Source: Acidiferrobacterales bacterium (lineage in GTDB: Bacteria > Pseudomonadota > Gammaproteobacteria > Acidiferrobacterales > JAJDNE01). Taken from it: 64,000 bases of DNA. The stretch is taken from the NCBI GenBank assembly GCA_022340825.1, contig JAJDNE010000023.1, positions 9,761 to 73,760 of the forward strand, read 5' to 3'. The translations under genes were made by a program, and so were the position numbers. Shown in pieces: positions 11,239 to 21,774 of the stretch. The notes under the pieces are model-generated. The model saw nothing but the letters and a program-made list of their open reading frames with translations. It did no database searches and was not told where the DNA came from. Positions within the stretch are counted from its first letter, which is position 1, and each line of letters opens with the position of its first letter.

Positions 11239-13151
11239 AGCTGATAATCCAGAGACACGCGCGCCTGCAGTTTACGCGCCTGTCGAAACGCTTCCTTGAG
11301 AATTCGACGATCCAGCTCGTTCAGCTTGTCCGGCTCAACAAAATTGTCGCCCGGCAAGCCGGCGCTGCGCTGCTCCTCCTGGTGACGTATGCGTAGTAAT
11401 TGAATGTAGGTGTATGCCTCAATCAACGCGTCAACTTCCCGTGGCTCAAGCACCTTGCGCTCACTGCAGGCACGCAAACGGCCGAGGGTGCTGGTTTCGT
11501 CGATGCCATGTCCCAGCGCCAGCAGGCGTGCCCCGTCGACAAACGGTGTTAAGCCGTTGACCTTGAGATCAATCGCATCGGGGTGTTCGTCTGACGTGGA
11601 CGTAATAAAGTCTCGCACCAGGCCCAGCGGCGGACGGTTGCGCAAAGCGTTCTCGGCCATCATGCGCAGGAAACGGGATTGGCTTCCGGTGAGATCAAGC
11701 ACCCAGGACCGCAACTGATCCACCGGCTGGCATTCTCCATAAATCGGCCGAAAATCGAAAAAGATCGTAGCTTTCAACAGATGCTCGGGGCTGCCGCCCT
11801 CGATCCAGCGACTGAAACGGGCGCGCCACTCGTCGCCCGTCAGGCAACACTCCGGGTTGCTCGCCATGATATTGCCCGTGCATAGAGGAAAGCCACATTG
11901 ATCCAGGGCCTCATTGATATGCCGGGCAAACGGCAGTAATTGTTCACGGGTTTCGTCGATCGACATTTCCGGTGACGGCTCAAACAGAATGCCATTGTCC
12001 TGATCGGTCACCAGTGTCTGCTCGTAGCGGCCCTCGCTACCAAACGCCAGCCAGACATACCGGACTGACGGCTTCCCGTGTTTTTCCTCCATTAGCTCGA
12101 TCACGCGCCGGGTCAAATGATCATTGAGCGCGGTAATGATGCGCAAAATCTGTTCCACCGAACCGCCTTGTGCCAGCATTTGTTGAACCAGTCGCTGGAT
12201 ATCGTTGGCAAGCTCGCCAAGGGTATCAACACTCTCGGCACGAGTGATGTCGCGAGAAAGACTGACCAGGCCAATGCGCTGCAGTGAAAACAGATCGCGT
12301 TCGGAAACTACCCCGACCAGCTTGCCCTTATCCAGCACGCACACATGACCGAAACCGTGACGCGCCATCAGCAGCGCCGCTTCATGGGCCGGTGCGTCCG
12401 GCGTCAACCAGATCGGATCACGCGTGATGACCTCTGATACCGGCGCGTCAATATCCTGCTCGGCCAGGGCAATACGCGACAACACGTCATGCAGGGTAAG
12501 AATGCCCTGGGGATGTTGCTTGTCATCGACGATGATGATGCTGCCGATGCGCAGCTTGTGCAGCTGTTCAAGGGCATCTCGAATCGGGGTATCCGGCCGA
12601 CAACTAACCGGCTCGTGTTGAATCAGCGAACGCAACGGCGCGTTCATTGGTGTGAATTCGCTGACAGCAGTGGCGCTTGCTGCCTGCGCTTGTGTCAACG
12701 CCTGGTCCAGCAAGCTTGCCAGGCGGCGTGTACAAAAATCATGAAACTCCGGACTGCGGGCAATGAGCGTATCGAAAGCATCCTGTGCCAGCTCAAAGAC
12801 GAAGGTATCTTCCACTGCGCGGTGGACGGTATTCACCGGTCGTCGGGACAACAATGCACCAATGGGGAAACTCTCGCCCCCGACCAGTTCCCACGCACTC
12901 TCCTTTTCCTCTTGCCCATTAGGGGACTCACCCTGTACGCGTCCCTGCTTGATAATAAAGAGTCGATCCGCCGGGCCGTGCTCGGGTCCGGCGATAGCCT
13001 CGCCGGCAGCAAAGAAGGAGAGTTTCAACTGGCTCGCGAGATAATAGACATCGTCTTCGGCCATCTGGGCAAATGGCGCGTGCCGATTCAAAAAGGCGAT
13101 CACCGGTTGCAGCGCCATCGCCTGTTGTGCGTCCAGGGATTCCACCATCAC
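11235..13151 (-). CDS. cNMP-binding, tandem CBS, DUF294-type nucleotidyltransferase protein
   Basis: N-terminal cyclic-nucleotide-binding fold (RLFIIKQGRVQGE), then two CBS repeats. A pol-beta-type NTase motif follows (AFGSEGRYEQTLVTDQDNGILF), then a C-terminal substrate-binding-like helical domain. Confidence 0.85.
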   Translation of the reverse strand: MMVESLDAQQAMALQPVIAFLNRHAPFAQMAEDDVYYLASQLKLSFFAAGEAIAGPEHGPADRLFIIKQGRVQGESPNGQEEKESAWELVGGESFPIGALLSRRPVNTVHRAVEDTFVFELAQDAFDTLIARSPEFHDFCTRRLASLLDQALTQAQAASATAVSEFTPMNAPLRSLIQHEPVSCRPDTPIRDALEQLHKLRIGSIIIVDDKQHPQGILTLHDVLSRIALAEQDIDAPVSEVITRDPIWLTPDAPAHEAALLMARHGFGHVCVLDKGKLVGVVSERDLFSLQRIGLVSLSRDITRAESVDTLGELANDIQRLVQQMLAQGGSVEQILRIITALNDHLTRRVIELMEEKHGKPSVRYVWLAFGSEGRYEQTLVTDQDNGILFEPSPEMSIDETREQLLPFARHINEALDQCGFPLCTGNIMASNPECCLTGDEWRARFSRWIEGGSPEHLLKATIFFDFRPIYGECQPVDQLRSWVLDLTGSQSRFLRMMAENALRNRPPLGLVRDFITSTSDEHPDAIDLKVNGLTPFVDGARLLALGHGIDETSTLGRLRACSERKVLEPREVDALIEAYTYIQLLRIRHQEEQRSAGLPGDNFVEPDKLNELDRRILKEAFRQARKLQARVSLDYQL

Positions 13152-13462
13152 TCTCGTTATTGCCTTGTCGTCAGCGCGACGTGAACAACCATGTTAGCGG
13201 ATGGCGTTGGCAATCGCTAGATAACACTTTTCGGCACTAAAATAGTTCGCTGGAGAAACTGCAACCTGAAATATCCGCTTTCTGATCTACCAAGCACAAA
13301 GCGCTGCTGTCGTTATTTCCTGGATATTGGCGTCATTCCGGTCGACCTCCCACCCCCGGGTCAGCTATGCTTTCTGCACCGGGTTGCGGAATCTTGCCAG
13401 CGCCGCGCGGTCAATCACTCTGTGCACTGCTGAACATTCGACCAATTCTTGCGAAACGGAAA

Positions 13463-14278
13463 ATGAGCCAAGCCCACACACTGCCAGTCGACGAATATCG
13501 CATCACCGAGGAGCCGTACTATCGACCGCTCGGTAAGGAAATCGAGATATTTCTCGCCGCCCACAAGAATCGCCTGCCGATTTTGCTCAAGGGCCCGACC
13601 GGCTGCGGCAAGACCCGGTTCATGGAACACATGGCCTGGCGCCTGCAGTTACCGCTGATTACTGTCGCCTGCCACGACGACCTGACTGCAGCCGACCTGG
13701 TCGGGCGTTACCTGATCACTTCCGGTGAAACCGTCTGGATCGACGGGCCGCTGGCCCGGGCCGTGCGCAGTGGTGCCATTTGTTACCTCGACGAGGTAGT
13801 TGAGGCACGCAAGGATACAACAGTGGTCATTCACCCCCTTGCTGATGACAGGCGCGTGTTGCCCATCGAAAAAAACGGCGAACTGTTACGCGCGCCCGAC
13901 AGTTTTTGTCTCGCGATCTCCTACAATCCAGGCTACCAGAGCGTATTGAAAGATCTCAAGACATCAACACGACAGCGTTTTGTGGCGATCGAGTTTGAGT
14001 ATCCCCAGCCGGAACTGGAGTGCGAGATCGTTAGCGCCGAGTCCGGCATCGCGCCCGACACGGCAGAAAAGCTGGTGCGCTTTGCCGGCATGACGCGCAA
14101 CCTGAAAGACAGCGGCCTCGAAGAAGGCGCCAGTACACGCTTGCTGGTGCATGCGGCCAAGCTGATGGCTTCCGGTATTGAGCCGGCGGAGGCCTGTCGA
14201 AGTGCAATTGCCGAATCGCTGACCGATGACCCGGAAATGCTGGAAGCAGTCAACGAACTCAGCGCTTCCTTGTTTTAA
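13463..14278 (+). CDS. MoxR-class AAA+ ATPase, CbbQ/NorQ family
   Basis: Walker [12 protein letters not shown] and Walker B ICYLDEV. About 270 aa. Start taken at the internal ATG ([12 protein letters not shown]...) of the 13367 ORF. Confidence 0.85.
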   Translation: MSQAHTLPVDEYRITEEPYYRPLGKEIEIFLAAHKNRLPILLKGPTGCGKTRFMEHMAWRLQLPLITVACHDDLTAADLVGRYLITSGETVWIDGPLARAVRSGAICYLDEVVEARKDTTVVIHPLADDRRVLPIEKNGELLRAPDSFCLAISYNPGYQSVLKDLKTSTRQRFVAIEFEYPQPELECEIVSAESGIAPDTAEKLVRFAGMTRNLKDSGLEEGASTRLLVHAAKLMASGIEPAEACRSAIAESLTDDPEMLEAVNELSASLF

Positions 14279-14302
14279 CACTTGCCTCGAGGTCATTAGT
14301 CT

Positions 14303-16438
14303 ATGACCAGGACAAACCGCGCCACCGAAATCGAGCAACGACTGCAGGCGCCATTAGCCGCAGTACTTTCACCGCGTCGCACCATCACCGCAGCTGCCGA
14401 GCACCTGGCGGCTCGACCGGATCATGAGCTCGACATCGTTATCCATCGCGCAATTTCCCTGGCCAACACCAATGCCGAACTGGGTTACCAGTTTGTTCAA
14501 CATGCAATCGAAGCGCTTGATGCGATGCGCCTGGCCGATGTTCTGGCCTGGGCGGAACAGGCGGTTGAACTCTACGATCAGGATGGTTTGTTCGCCGCCA
14601 CCAGTTTTCTTGAACGGCCGGAACGATTTGCCGACGAAGTTCTCAATCGGGCGAATGCCGCCAGCTTCGATGATACCTGCGGCATGCTTTCAATTTATAT
14701 CAATGGTCTTGCCGGCCGGCGTCTGGCACTGGATATCGCCGAGCATGCCTTTACCGATACGGAAACCATTTTCCTGCCACGTCGTATCTCCCGTTTCGAA
14801 GACAGCAAACTGAATCGACAATTATACAAGGCCACTGCCTCGTTTCTGTGGGCACAGGCGTGGTATGGCACCTTTCGACTCGATGCCAATCACCGCACGC
14901 TGGAACAGCGACTGGCTGCCTACGACAACCCACGTAACGCCCGTGACCTGTTCGATGCACTGGAGACGATTCGTATCAACGCCTGCGTCGCCCGCGACTT
15001 GCCCGGGCTCTACCGCGACTGGCAGCGACTACAGACACTGACCGGGCCGGTAGACTACCCGACGCACTGGTCCGGCATCATCGCTCGACTGCAACGCCCC
15101 CAGGCAAGCATGGAAACCACGTTTGAGCTGTTGCCGGAGGTCATCAATGACGAGGTCCCGTTAGCACTGTGCTACCAGGGCGTATTGATGCCGGGACAGG
15201 TTGCGCAAACGATGGCCTTGCGCATGGAGAAAGACAAGGCGGCGCTGCAAACTTCGCTGGCTGAAATCGCCCGAAATGCTGTGCCTTCAGTTGCCAGCGA
15301 AGACACTCAACAACCTATCGATACCGAGGCGCTGCGCTTCGAAGTTCGGGTTACGGCAAAACCGGATGCGCCAGGCGAATTTGATATTCAGCTGAGCCTT
15401 GGTGGGCAGGCCCTGGGCATCCCGCCGGAACTGGAAGCATTACTGCAATCGATCTTGCAGGACCTTGGCGGTTTTCCAACAGAGTACCTGGTACCGGCCG
15501 GTGACAACGACTATGACCCGCAGGCGATCGCCGCTGAGATCGATGCCGACAGCGAGAGTGGACTTGGTCCGGCGACGTATTATCCGGAGTGGGACCACCA
15601 GCGACACCAGTACCGCAAAGACTGGTGCGCGTTGCGAGAGCAGGAGGTCGAGCCCGATCCCGCACCATTCGTGAATGAGACGCTAAAGAAATACCACGGC
15701 GAGTTGCACCACCTGCGCAAGGCGTTCGAGGCACTGCGCGGCGAGAATCAGCTGAAAAAGCGACAGCCCGACGGGGACGACATTGATTTTGATGCCGTCG
15801 TGCAGGCAATGACGGATCTCAGCCTCGGCCTGGAAATGCCACCGCAACTGTTTACACAACTGCATCGCCATGAACGCAACATAGCGGTGATGTTCATGGT
15901 CGACATGAGTGGTTCGACCAAGGGCTGGGTGAACGATGCCGAACGCGAGTCGCTGGTGCTGCTATGCCAGGCACTGGAGATTCTCGGCGATCGCTACGCC
16001 ATCTATGGCTTCTCCGGCATGACCCGAAAGCGCTGCGAACTCTACCGCATAAAGACATTCGAGGAGCCCTATTCGAAACTGGTCGAGCATCGCATCACCG
16101 GAATCAAGGCGCAGGACTACACGCGCATGGGAGTCACGATCCGTCATCTGAGCAAATTGCTGAATGAAATTGATGCCCGCACCAAACTCCTGATCACGCT
16201 CTCTGATGGCAAGCCGGATGACTTCGATGGCTATCGCGGGGACTACGGTATCGAAGACACCAGGCAGGCTCTAATCGAAGCAAAGCGCCAGGGGATACAT
16301 TCATTCTGCATCACAATCGACGATGAGGCGCGCGACTACCTGCCTCACATGTACGGTGCGGTGAATTACACCATAATCGACGATGTTCGAAAGCTACCTG
16401 TGAAAGTGGCGGATATATATCGTCGACTGACCCTATAG
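14303..16438 (+). CDS. VWA-domain partner protein, CbbO/NorD family
   Basis: 711 aa. C-terminal von Willebrand A domain with MIDAS DxSxS (VDMSGST). It lies 24 nt downstream of the CbbQ-like gene. Confidence 0.8.
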   Translation: MTRTNRATEIEQRLQAPLAAVLSPRRTITAAAEHLAARPDHELDIVIHRAISLANTNAELGYQFVQHAIEALDAMRLADVLAWAEQAVELYDQDGLFAATSFLERPERFADEVLNRANAASFDDTCGMLSIYINGLAGRRLALDIAEHAFTDTETIFLPRRISRFEDSKLNRQLYKATASFLWAQAWYGTFRLDANHRTLEQRLAAYDNPRNARDLFDALETIRINACVARDLPGLYRDWQRLQTLTGPVDYPTHWSGIIARLQRPQASMETTFELLPEVINDEVPLALCYQGVLMPGQVAQTMALRMEKDKAALQTSLAEIARNAVPSVASEDTQQPIDTEALRFEVRVTAKPDAPGEFDIQLSLGGQALGIPPELEALLQSILQDLGGFPTEYLVPAGDNDYDPQAIAAEIDADSESGLGPATYYPEWDHQRHQYRKDWCALREQEVEPDPAPFVNETLKKYHGELHHLRKAFEALRGENQLKKRQPDGDDIDFDAVVQAMTDLSLGLEMPPQLFTQLHRHERNIAVMFMVDMSGSTKGWVNDAERESLVLLCQALEILGDRYAIYGFSGMTRKRCELYRIKTFEEPYSKLVEHRITGIKAQDYTRMGVTIRHLSKLLNEIDARTKLLITLSDGKPDDFDGYRGDYGIEDTRQALIEAKRQGIHSFCITIDDEARDYLPHMYGAVNYTIIDDVRKLPVKVADIYRRLTL

Positions 16439-16583
16439 ATCCAGCACTATATTTATTCGTTGTCGGGCGGAAGTGGACCAGGCGAATGCTATTAATGCCC
16501 GCATCACCTGCCGGCCAAAGCTGACAAAGCCAGCTTAGCCGATCAGGTACATGCGGATGTTAGCTTCCTGCGTATTCGCTTTC

Positions 16584-18683
16584 TCAGTCAGTGATTGTGT
16601 TCACCGCGGGCGCCGGCTGCTGGAACGGATCCTTTGGTGTTGTCAACGACGTGCCGCCTGTGCCCGGCAGGATTTCGAAGCCCATGTTGAACCAGGCCAG
16701 CGAATTTCTGACCAGATCAAACCCCTCGCGGTTGCCGACCAGCCTGGCCTTGCCGTTCTTGATTTGCTCATCGAGCGTTGCTGCGCCCATCATCACCGTT
16801 TCCAGGTCGGAACGGTTGATGGTGATGGTGAGATCGGCCTTCTTGGCCTGCTGCCCCTTGATGTTGGTCAGCGTGCTGTTGCTCAATTCCACAACGTACT
16901 TCTCGCCATTGTCGGGCGTGATCAGGTTCATCACGAAATGTTTGCCCTCAACTTTCGAGCCATCCAACCGAATACCAAGGAAATCCAGCCACAAATCAGT
17001 GGACATGGCCTTGATCATGTCTGGTCCGGTAGTTTTTGGTGAAGCACCCTTGGGAATGCCATTGCGCAGTTCGTACGCGCCCGCGAGGAAACTATTGCGC
17101 ACGCTGGGACTTTCTTTCTGGTAGCCGATCTGCTCATAGACATCTGCCAGCAGATCTTTGGCCTCCTGATTTTTGGGTTCAGCGAAAACCAGCTTGTTGA
17201 GGATTTCCACCGCATGCAGGTATTTGCCCTGGCGGTAGAGTTTCTTGCCCTTGGCAATAATTTTCTTCGCTCCACCCATCATTTCAACATACAGCGGGGC
17301 AGAATCACGCGGCGACAATGGAGTCAACGTGGCCGGGTTGGCATCCCAGTAGCCAAGGTATTTGTTGACCACGGCGCGGCTGTTGTGGGCCTCGGAACCA
17401 TGATAGCTGTGCGCTGCCCAGTTCTGTTCCAGGCTCTTGGGCAATTTGTAAACATTCTGGATCTCATTGATGGTGACGCCCTGGTTGGCCAGGAACAGCA
17501 CCTGGTTGTTCAGGTTGGCGTAGACGTCACGCTGGGTACGCATGATCTCCTGAATACGGTCGTTGCCCCAGCGCGGCCAGCTGTGCGAGGCGAACATCAC
17601 TTCCGCCGCGGCACCGTAACGATACAGTGATTCATTGATATTCTTCGACCACTTCAGCGCATCGCGTACAGCAGCACCACGCAGGGTGTAAATGTTGTGG
17701 ACGGTACCGGTAATATTTTCCGCGGCCCAGAAGGCCTTCATGTCCGGGAACCAGGTATTCATTTCCGCTGGCGCTTCGGTGCCGGGGGTGTTCTGGAATT
17801 CCATCTTCACGCCATCGACGGTGAGCGTTTCAAAGTCCTTCTTGATAATCACATTGGGTGGAATCAGGCCCAGATTACCGGCGGCGGTGTTTTTACCAAT
17901 GGACTGATCCACATGACCATATGGGCTTCGCGGCAGTAGCACGCCATATTGATAGAACATGCGGCGGGTCATGGCGTTGCCGGCATAGACGTTCTCCGCC
18001 ACGGCATGCTGCATGAATCCGACCGGTGCGATCACTTTCACTTTGCCGCTCTTTACATCTTTCTCATCAACGACACCACGCACGCCACCAAAGTGGTCAC
18101 CATGTGAATGGGAATACACCACGGCCACCACCGGACGCTTGCCGACCTTTTCATTAATGAATTTCAGCGCGGCGGCGGCGGTTTCCTTGGCAGTCAGTGG
18201 ATCGAAAACGATCCAGCCGGTTTTACTCTTAATAAAGCTGATGTTGGCGAGGTCGTAGCCACGCACCTGATATATCTTGCCGGGCAATACCTCATATAGG
18301 CCGTAGGCCATGTTCAATATGGCCTGGCGCTGCAGGGATGGATGGATGGTGTCGAAGTTTTTGTCCTGTAGTAACCACTCGTAGCTCTCCATGTCCCAGG
18401 CCACATTACCGGCCTCGGCCATGATTTGCTTGTAGGGAGGGGCGGCAATGAAACCCCTCTTGGCTTCCTCGAAGTCACGCTTGTCCTGGAACGGCAGGGT
18501 AGCGCGCACGCCATTCTGCAGTTCGATGGTGAACCTGGACGGTCCCTTGCCCTTGGGATCAAAGTGCTTGGACGGGTCTGCCGAAACGACACCGGCACCA
18601 CCCGCAGCAATTGCGGAACCCGCCAGCGCGAACGTCGTCGCAACGAACAGTGCCGTCATTGTTGGAATATTTCGTGGCACCAT
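16584..18683 (-). CDS. Secreted alkyl/aryl-sulfatase, metallo-beta-lactamase fold (SdsA1/YjcS-like)
   Basis: HxHxDH motif (YSHSHGDHFGG). Signal peptide MVPRNIPTMTALFVATTFALAGSAIAA. Start chosen at the ATG preceded by AAGGAG. Confidence 0.85.
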   Translation of the reverse strand: MVPRNIPTMTALFVATTFALAGSAIAAGGAGVVSADPSKHFDPKGKGPSRFTIELQNGVRATLPFQDKRDFEEAKRGFIAAPPYKQIMAEAGNVAWDMESYEWLLQDKNFDTIHPSLQRQAILNMAYGLYEVLPGKIYQVRGYDLANISFIKSKTGWIVFDPLTAKETAAAALKFINEKVGKRPVVAVVYSHSHGDHFGGVRGVVDEKDVKSGKVKVIAPVGFMQHAVAENVYAGNAMTRRMFYQYGVLLPRSPYGHVDQSIGKNTAAGNLGLIPPNVIIKKDFETLTVDGVKMEFQNTPGTEAPAEMNTWFPDMKAFWAAENITGTVHNIYTLRGAAVRDALKWSKNINESLYRYGAAAEVMFASHSWPRWGNDRIQEIMRTQRDVYANLNNQVLFLANQGVTINEIQNVYKLPKSLEQNWAAHSYHGSEAHNSRAVVNKYLGYWDANPATLTPLSPRDSAPLYVEMMGGAKKIIAKGKKLYRQGKYLHAVEILNKLVFAEPKNQEAKDLLADVYEQIGYQKESPSVRNSFLAGAYELRNGIPKGASPKTTGPDMIKAMSTDLWLDFLGIRLDGSKVEGKHFVMNLITPDNGEKYVVELSNSTLTNIKGQQAKKADLTITINRSDLETVMMGAATLDEQIKNGKARLVGNREGFDLVRNSLAWFNMGFEILPGTGGTSLTTPKDPFQQPAPAVNTITD

Positions 18684-18801
18684 GGATTCTCCTTTAGGGT
18701 CGTTAACGGACGAATAGATACTTCCGGTCAAGTACTCGGCCTGGTATCTGCTTTTAATCGAAACCTAGCCCTGATGACCGACTATCTTAGTCCATAGAAG
18801 T

Positions 18802-19200
18802 CTAGGAATCCCCGCCTTTCTCATACGGGAATCTAGTATGCCCGTAACGAATTACCAGGACCGCTACGGCGACGACCAGGGCGGCGCCGGCTACGCCCAG
18901 CATTCGCCAGGTATCCAGATTTTTCATATCCAGGATCAGGTAGCGCGCCAGGGCAACAATGGCAATATAGAGCGGCATGCGCACGGGCAGTTTTCCGGAA
19001 TCGAGATAGATCGACACCATCGCCAGTACTTCGAGGTAAATAAACATCAGCAGCAGATCAGCCAGCGCGACGCGCTTCAGCTCGATCATGGTCGCAATTT
19101 CTATCCCGAGCGCAATCACCGTGGCGATGGCAATGACCAGTAACCCCAAGTCCTGGACCCAGGTTAGCGCGAGGTGTCCGCCCGTTCTGATTTTATTCAT
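18802..19200 (-). CDS. psiE: Phosphate-starvation-inducible protein PsiE-like membrane protein
   Basis: 132 aa with four TM helices. Size and pattern are typical of PsiE. Confidence 0.65.
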   Translation of the reverse strand: MNKIRTGGHLALTWVQDLGLLVIAIATVIALGIEIATMIELKRVALADLLLMFIYLEVLAMVSIYLDSGKLPVRMPLYIAIVALARYLILDMKNLDTWRMLGVAGAALVVAVAVLVIRYGHTRFPYEKGGDS

Positions 19201-19402
19201 TTATGTTTTCTCTCCGGCAGGATCGATCATCGATACCAGAAAAATACCACAGTTATTCCGCGGTGGCCGCGGTATACGTCAATCTCCCTCAGCGGTTCAT
19301 TCTGACAACGTTTGCAATTTTTACTCGATACGATGCGCCCCTGATTTATTCCCCATGTCGCGATGGGGCGCTACCAAGGCGCCAACAATGTCGGGGTATC
19401 GG

Positions 19403-20455
19403 TCAGGCGATCGTGATTTTAGGCTCGAGATAAACGTCCTGAATCGCGTTAAGCAACTCGACACCATCTTTCATTGGTTTTTGAAATGCCTTGCGCCCGG
19501 AGATCATCCCCATGCCGCCGGCGCGCTTGTTGATCACCGCCGTGCGCACCGCCTGGGCAAGATCGTTTTTGCCCGAAGCACCACCGGAGTTGATCATGCC
19601 AATACGGCCCATGTAGCAGTTGGCGACCTGGTAACGGGTCAGGTCTATCGGGTGATCGGAAGTTAGCTCGGTATATACCTTTTCAGAGGTCTTGCCGAAT
19701 TTCAGCGCAGTAAAGCCGCCATTGGTTTGCGCCTGTTTCTGCTTGATGATGTCCGCTCCCAGCGTGGCGCCAAGATGATTGGCCTGACCGGTGAGATCAC
19801 TGGCGACGTGGTAATCGACACCGTCTTTCTTGAATGCCTCGTTACGCAGGTAACACCAAAGCACACAGACCATGCCGAGCTCATGGGCGCGGGCAAAGGC
19901 ATCGCTGATTTCCATTATCTGTCGGTGCGATTCCTCGGAACCGAAATATATGGTGGCACCGACGGCAACGGCGCCCAACTCCCATGCCTGTTCGACATTG
20001 GCAAACAACACCTGATCGTAACGATTGGGATAGGAGAGCAATTCATTGTGGTTAATCTTCACAACGAATGGGATCTTGTGTGCGTACTTGCGACTGACAG
20101 AAGACAACACGCCGAGCGTTGAGGCCACGCCATTGCAGCCACCTTCGATTGCAAGCTTGACGATATTCTCCGGATCGAAGTAATCGGGATTTGGTGCAAA
20201 AGAGGCACCGGCGGAATGTTCGACCCCCTGGTCCACCGGCAACAGTGACAGATAACCTGTGCCAGCCAGTCGACCGTGGTCAACCAGCGCCTGCAGGTTA
20301 CGCATCACCTGCGAATTGCGATCTGAGATTCCATGTATGCGGTCAATAAAATCAGCGCCCGGCAAGTGCAGGCGTTTTTTATCGATAGTCTTGCATTGGT
20401 GACTTAACAGGTCGTCTGCTTCGTCGCCGAGCAGACTCACAATTCGATCAAGCAT
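19403..20455 (-). CDS. fbaB: Class I fructose-bisphosphate aldolase (FbaB/DhnA type)
   Basis: Near-colinear with my recollection of E. coli FbaB ([30 protein letters not shown]..., [26 protein letters not shown]). The ATG is preceded by AGGAGG. Confidence 0.9.
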   Translation of the reverse strand: MLDRIVSLLGDEADDLLSHQCKTIDKKRLHLPGADFIDRIHGISDRNSQVMRNLQALVDHGRLAGTGYLSLLPVDQGVEHSAGASFAPNPDYFDPENIVKLAIEGGCNGVASTLGVLSSVSRKYAHKIPFVVKINHNELLSYPNRYDQVLFANVEQAWELGAVAVGATIYFGSEESHRQIMEISDAFARAHELGMVCVLWCYLRNEAFKKDGVDYHVASDLTGQANHLGATLGADIIKQKQAQTNGGFTALKFGKTSEKVYTELTSDHPIDLTRYQVANCYMGRIGMINSGGASGKNDLAQAVRTAVINKRAGGMGMISGRKAFQKPMKDGVELLNAIQDVYLEPKITIA

Positions 20456-20468
20456 GGCAGCCTCCTGG

Positions 20469-20681
20469 CTAATCTGCTGTTTTGTAGTTACCGTCGATCC
20501 AGCAGCGTGGCAGTGCCTCATTGGATGGAAATATCAGATCCGATTTGTTGAAATCCTGCGACTCCTGCATCTCTTCGCCGGCATGGAAGCGACCGGGGAT
20601 GCTTGCCTTGAACGGATCGAACAGGGCCTGGGTATCCAGAACCTCCACCAAATTGCCACTCGCTTTATCTTTCAGGTACAT
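20469..20681 (-). CDS. Small hypothetical protein upstream of fbaB
   Basis: 70-aa ORF ending 13 nt before the fbaB start, on the same strand. No recognised motif. Confidence 0.45.
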   Translation of the reverse strand: MYLKDKASGNLVEVLDTQALFDPFKASIPGRFHAGEEMQESQDFNKSDLIFPSNEALPRCWIDGNYKTAD

Positions 20682-20838
20682 CAGAATCTCCCGTCTTCAG
20701 AATGCCCTCATTGTTGACCAAGGCACGGCGGACAGCATTGACAGGGGTCAAATTAGCGCCGATCCGCCCGGCGCTGCCTGATTTGGTGCATAATGCCGGA
20801 TTAAAATTTCAGCACCATTACTATCAAGAGGAAGTCCG

Positions 20839-21774
20839 ATGTCTGCCCTGATTTGCGGCTCGTTTGCCTACGACACCATTATGGTGTTTCAAGACCAGTT
20901 CAAGAACCATATCCTGCCTGACAAGGTTCACATCCTGAATGTGTCCTTTCTGGTACCAAGCATGCGCCGTGAATTCGGTGGCTGCGCCGGAAATATTGCT
21001 TACAACCTGAAGCTGCTGGGTGGCGAGCCACTACCGATGGGCACGGTCGGCAATGATTTTGCCCAATACGCGGAGTGGATGGATCAATGTGGCATCACCC
21101 GAAAGTACCTGAAGACAATCGAGGACACCTATACCGGGCAGGCCTTCATCACCACCGATATGGATGACAACCAGATTACGGCATTTCATCCTGGCGCCAT
21201 GAACCAGGCGCACGAGGTCAAGGTTCGTGACGCCGATGAGATCAGCATCGGTATTGTTTCCCCCGACGGGCGCGACGGCATGATCCAGCACGCGCAACAA
21301 TTCGCCGAGGCAACGGTCCCGTTTATTTTTGATCCGGGCCAGGGCATGCCCATGTTTAATGGTGACGAATTGATGCAGTTTGTCGATCTCGCTACCTGGG
21401 TGACGGTAAACGACTACGAGGCGCAATTGCTGCAGGAACGCACCGGACGCGAACTCGAAGAACTGGCCGGGGAGGTTGAGGCATTGATCGTGACACTCGG
21501 TGCCGAGGGCTCGCGAATCTACCGCGACAATGAACGCATTGATATTCCCCCTGCCAAAGTCGATATGGTGAATGACCCGACCGGCTGCGGCGATGCCTAT
21601 CGCGCCGGACTGCTTTACGGACTGGAAAAGGGATACGACTGGGAGACGACCGGTCGCATTGCTGCGCTGATGGGCGCCATCAAGATCGAGAGCCATGGCA
21701 CCCAGAACCACCACTTCACAAAGGATGAATTTAACAAGCGGTATCAGGATAATTTCGGCACCGCCGTCCTTTAG
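20839..21774 (+). CDS. PfkB-family carbohydrate/nucleoside kinase
   Basis: C-terminal PfkB signature DPTGCGDAYRAG. 311 aa. GAGGAAG SD upstream. Confidence 0.85.
   Translation: MSALICGSFAYDTIMVFQDQFKNHILPDKVHILNVSFLVPSMRREFGGCAGNIAYNLKLLGGEPLPMGTVGNDFAQYAEWMDQCGITRKYLKTIEDTYTGQAFITTDMDDNQITAFHPGAMNQAHEVKVRDADEISIGIVSPDGRDGMIQHAQQFAEATVPFIFDPGQGMPMFNGDELMQFVDLATWVTVNDYEAQLLQERTGRELEELAGEVEALIVTLGAEGSRIYRDNERIDIPPAKVDMVNDPTGCGDAYRAGLLYGLEKGYDWETTGRIAALMGAIKIESHGTQNHHFTKDEFNKRYQDNFGTAVL

Noticed and set aside
12489-13184. 231-aa plus-strand ORF antisense to the cNMP/CBS NTase gene.
   Set aside because: It is a shadow ORF, as is typical in GC-rich coding sequence. It has no motifs, and the opposite strand carries clear domain signatures.
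19233-19252. Pho-box-like direct repeat upstream of psiE (minus strand ctgtggtatttttctggtat, with TGGTAT repeated at an 11-bp period).
   Set aside because: It is only a partial match to CTGTCAT-N4-CTGTCAT. It lies about 33 nt from the ATG, which leaves too little room for a -10 element plus an SD-containing leader.
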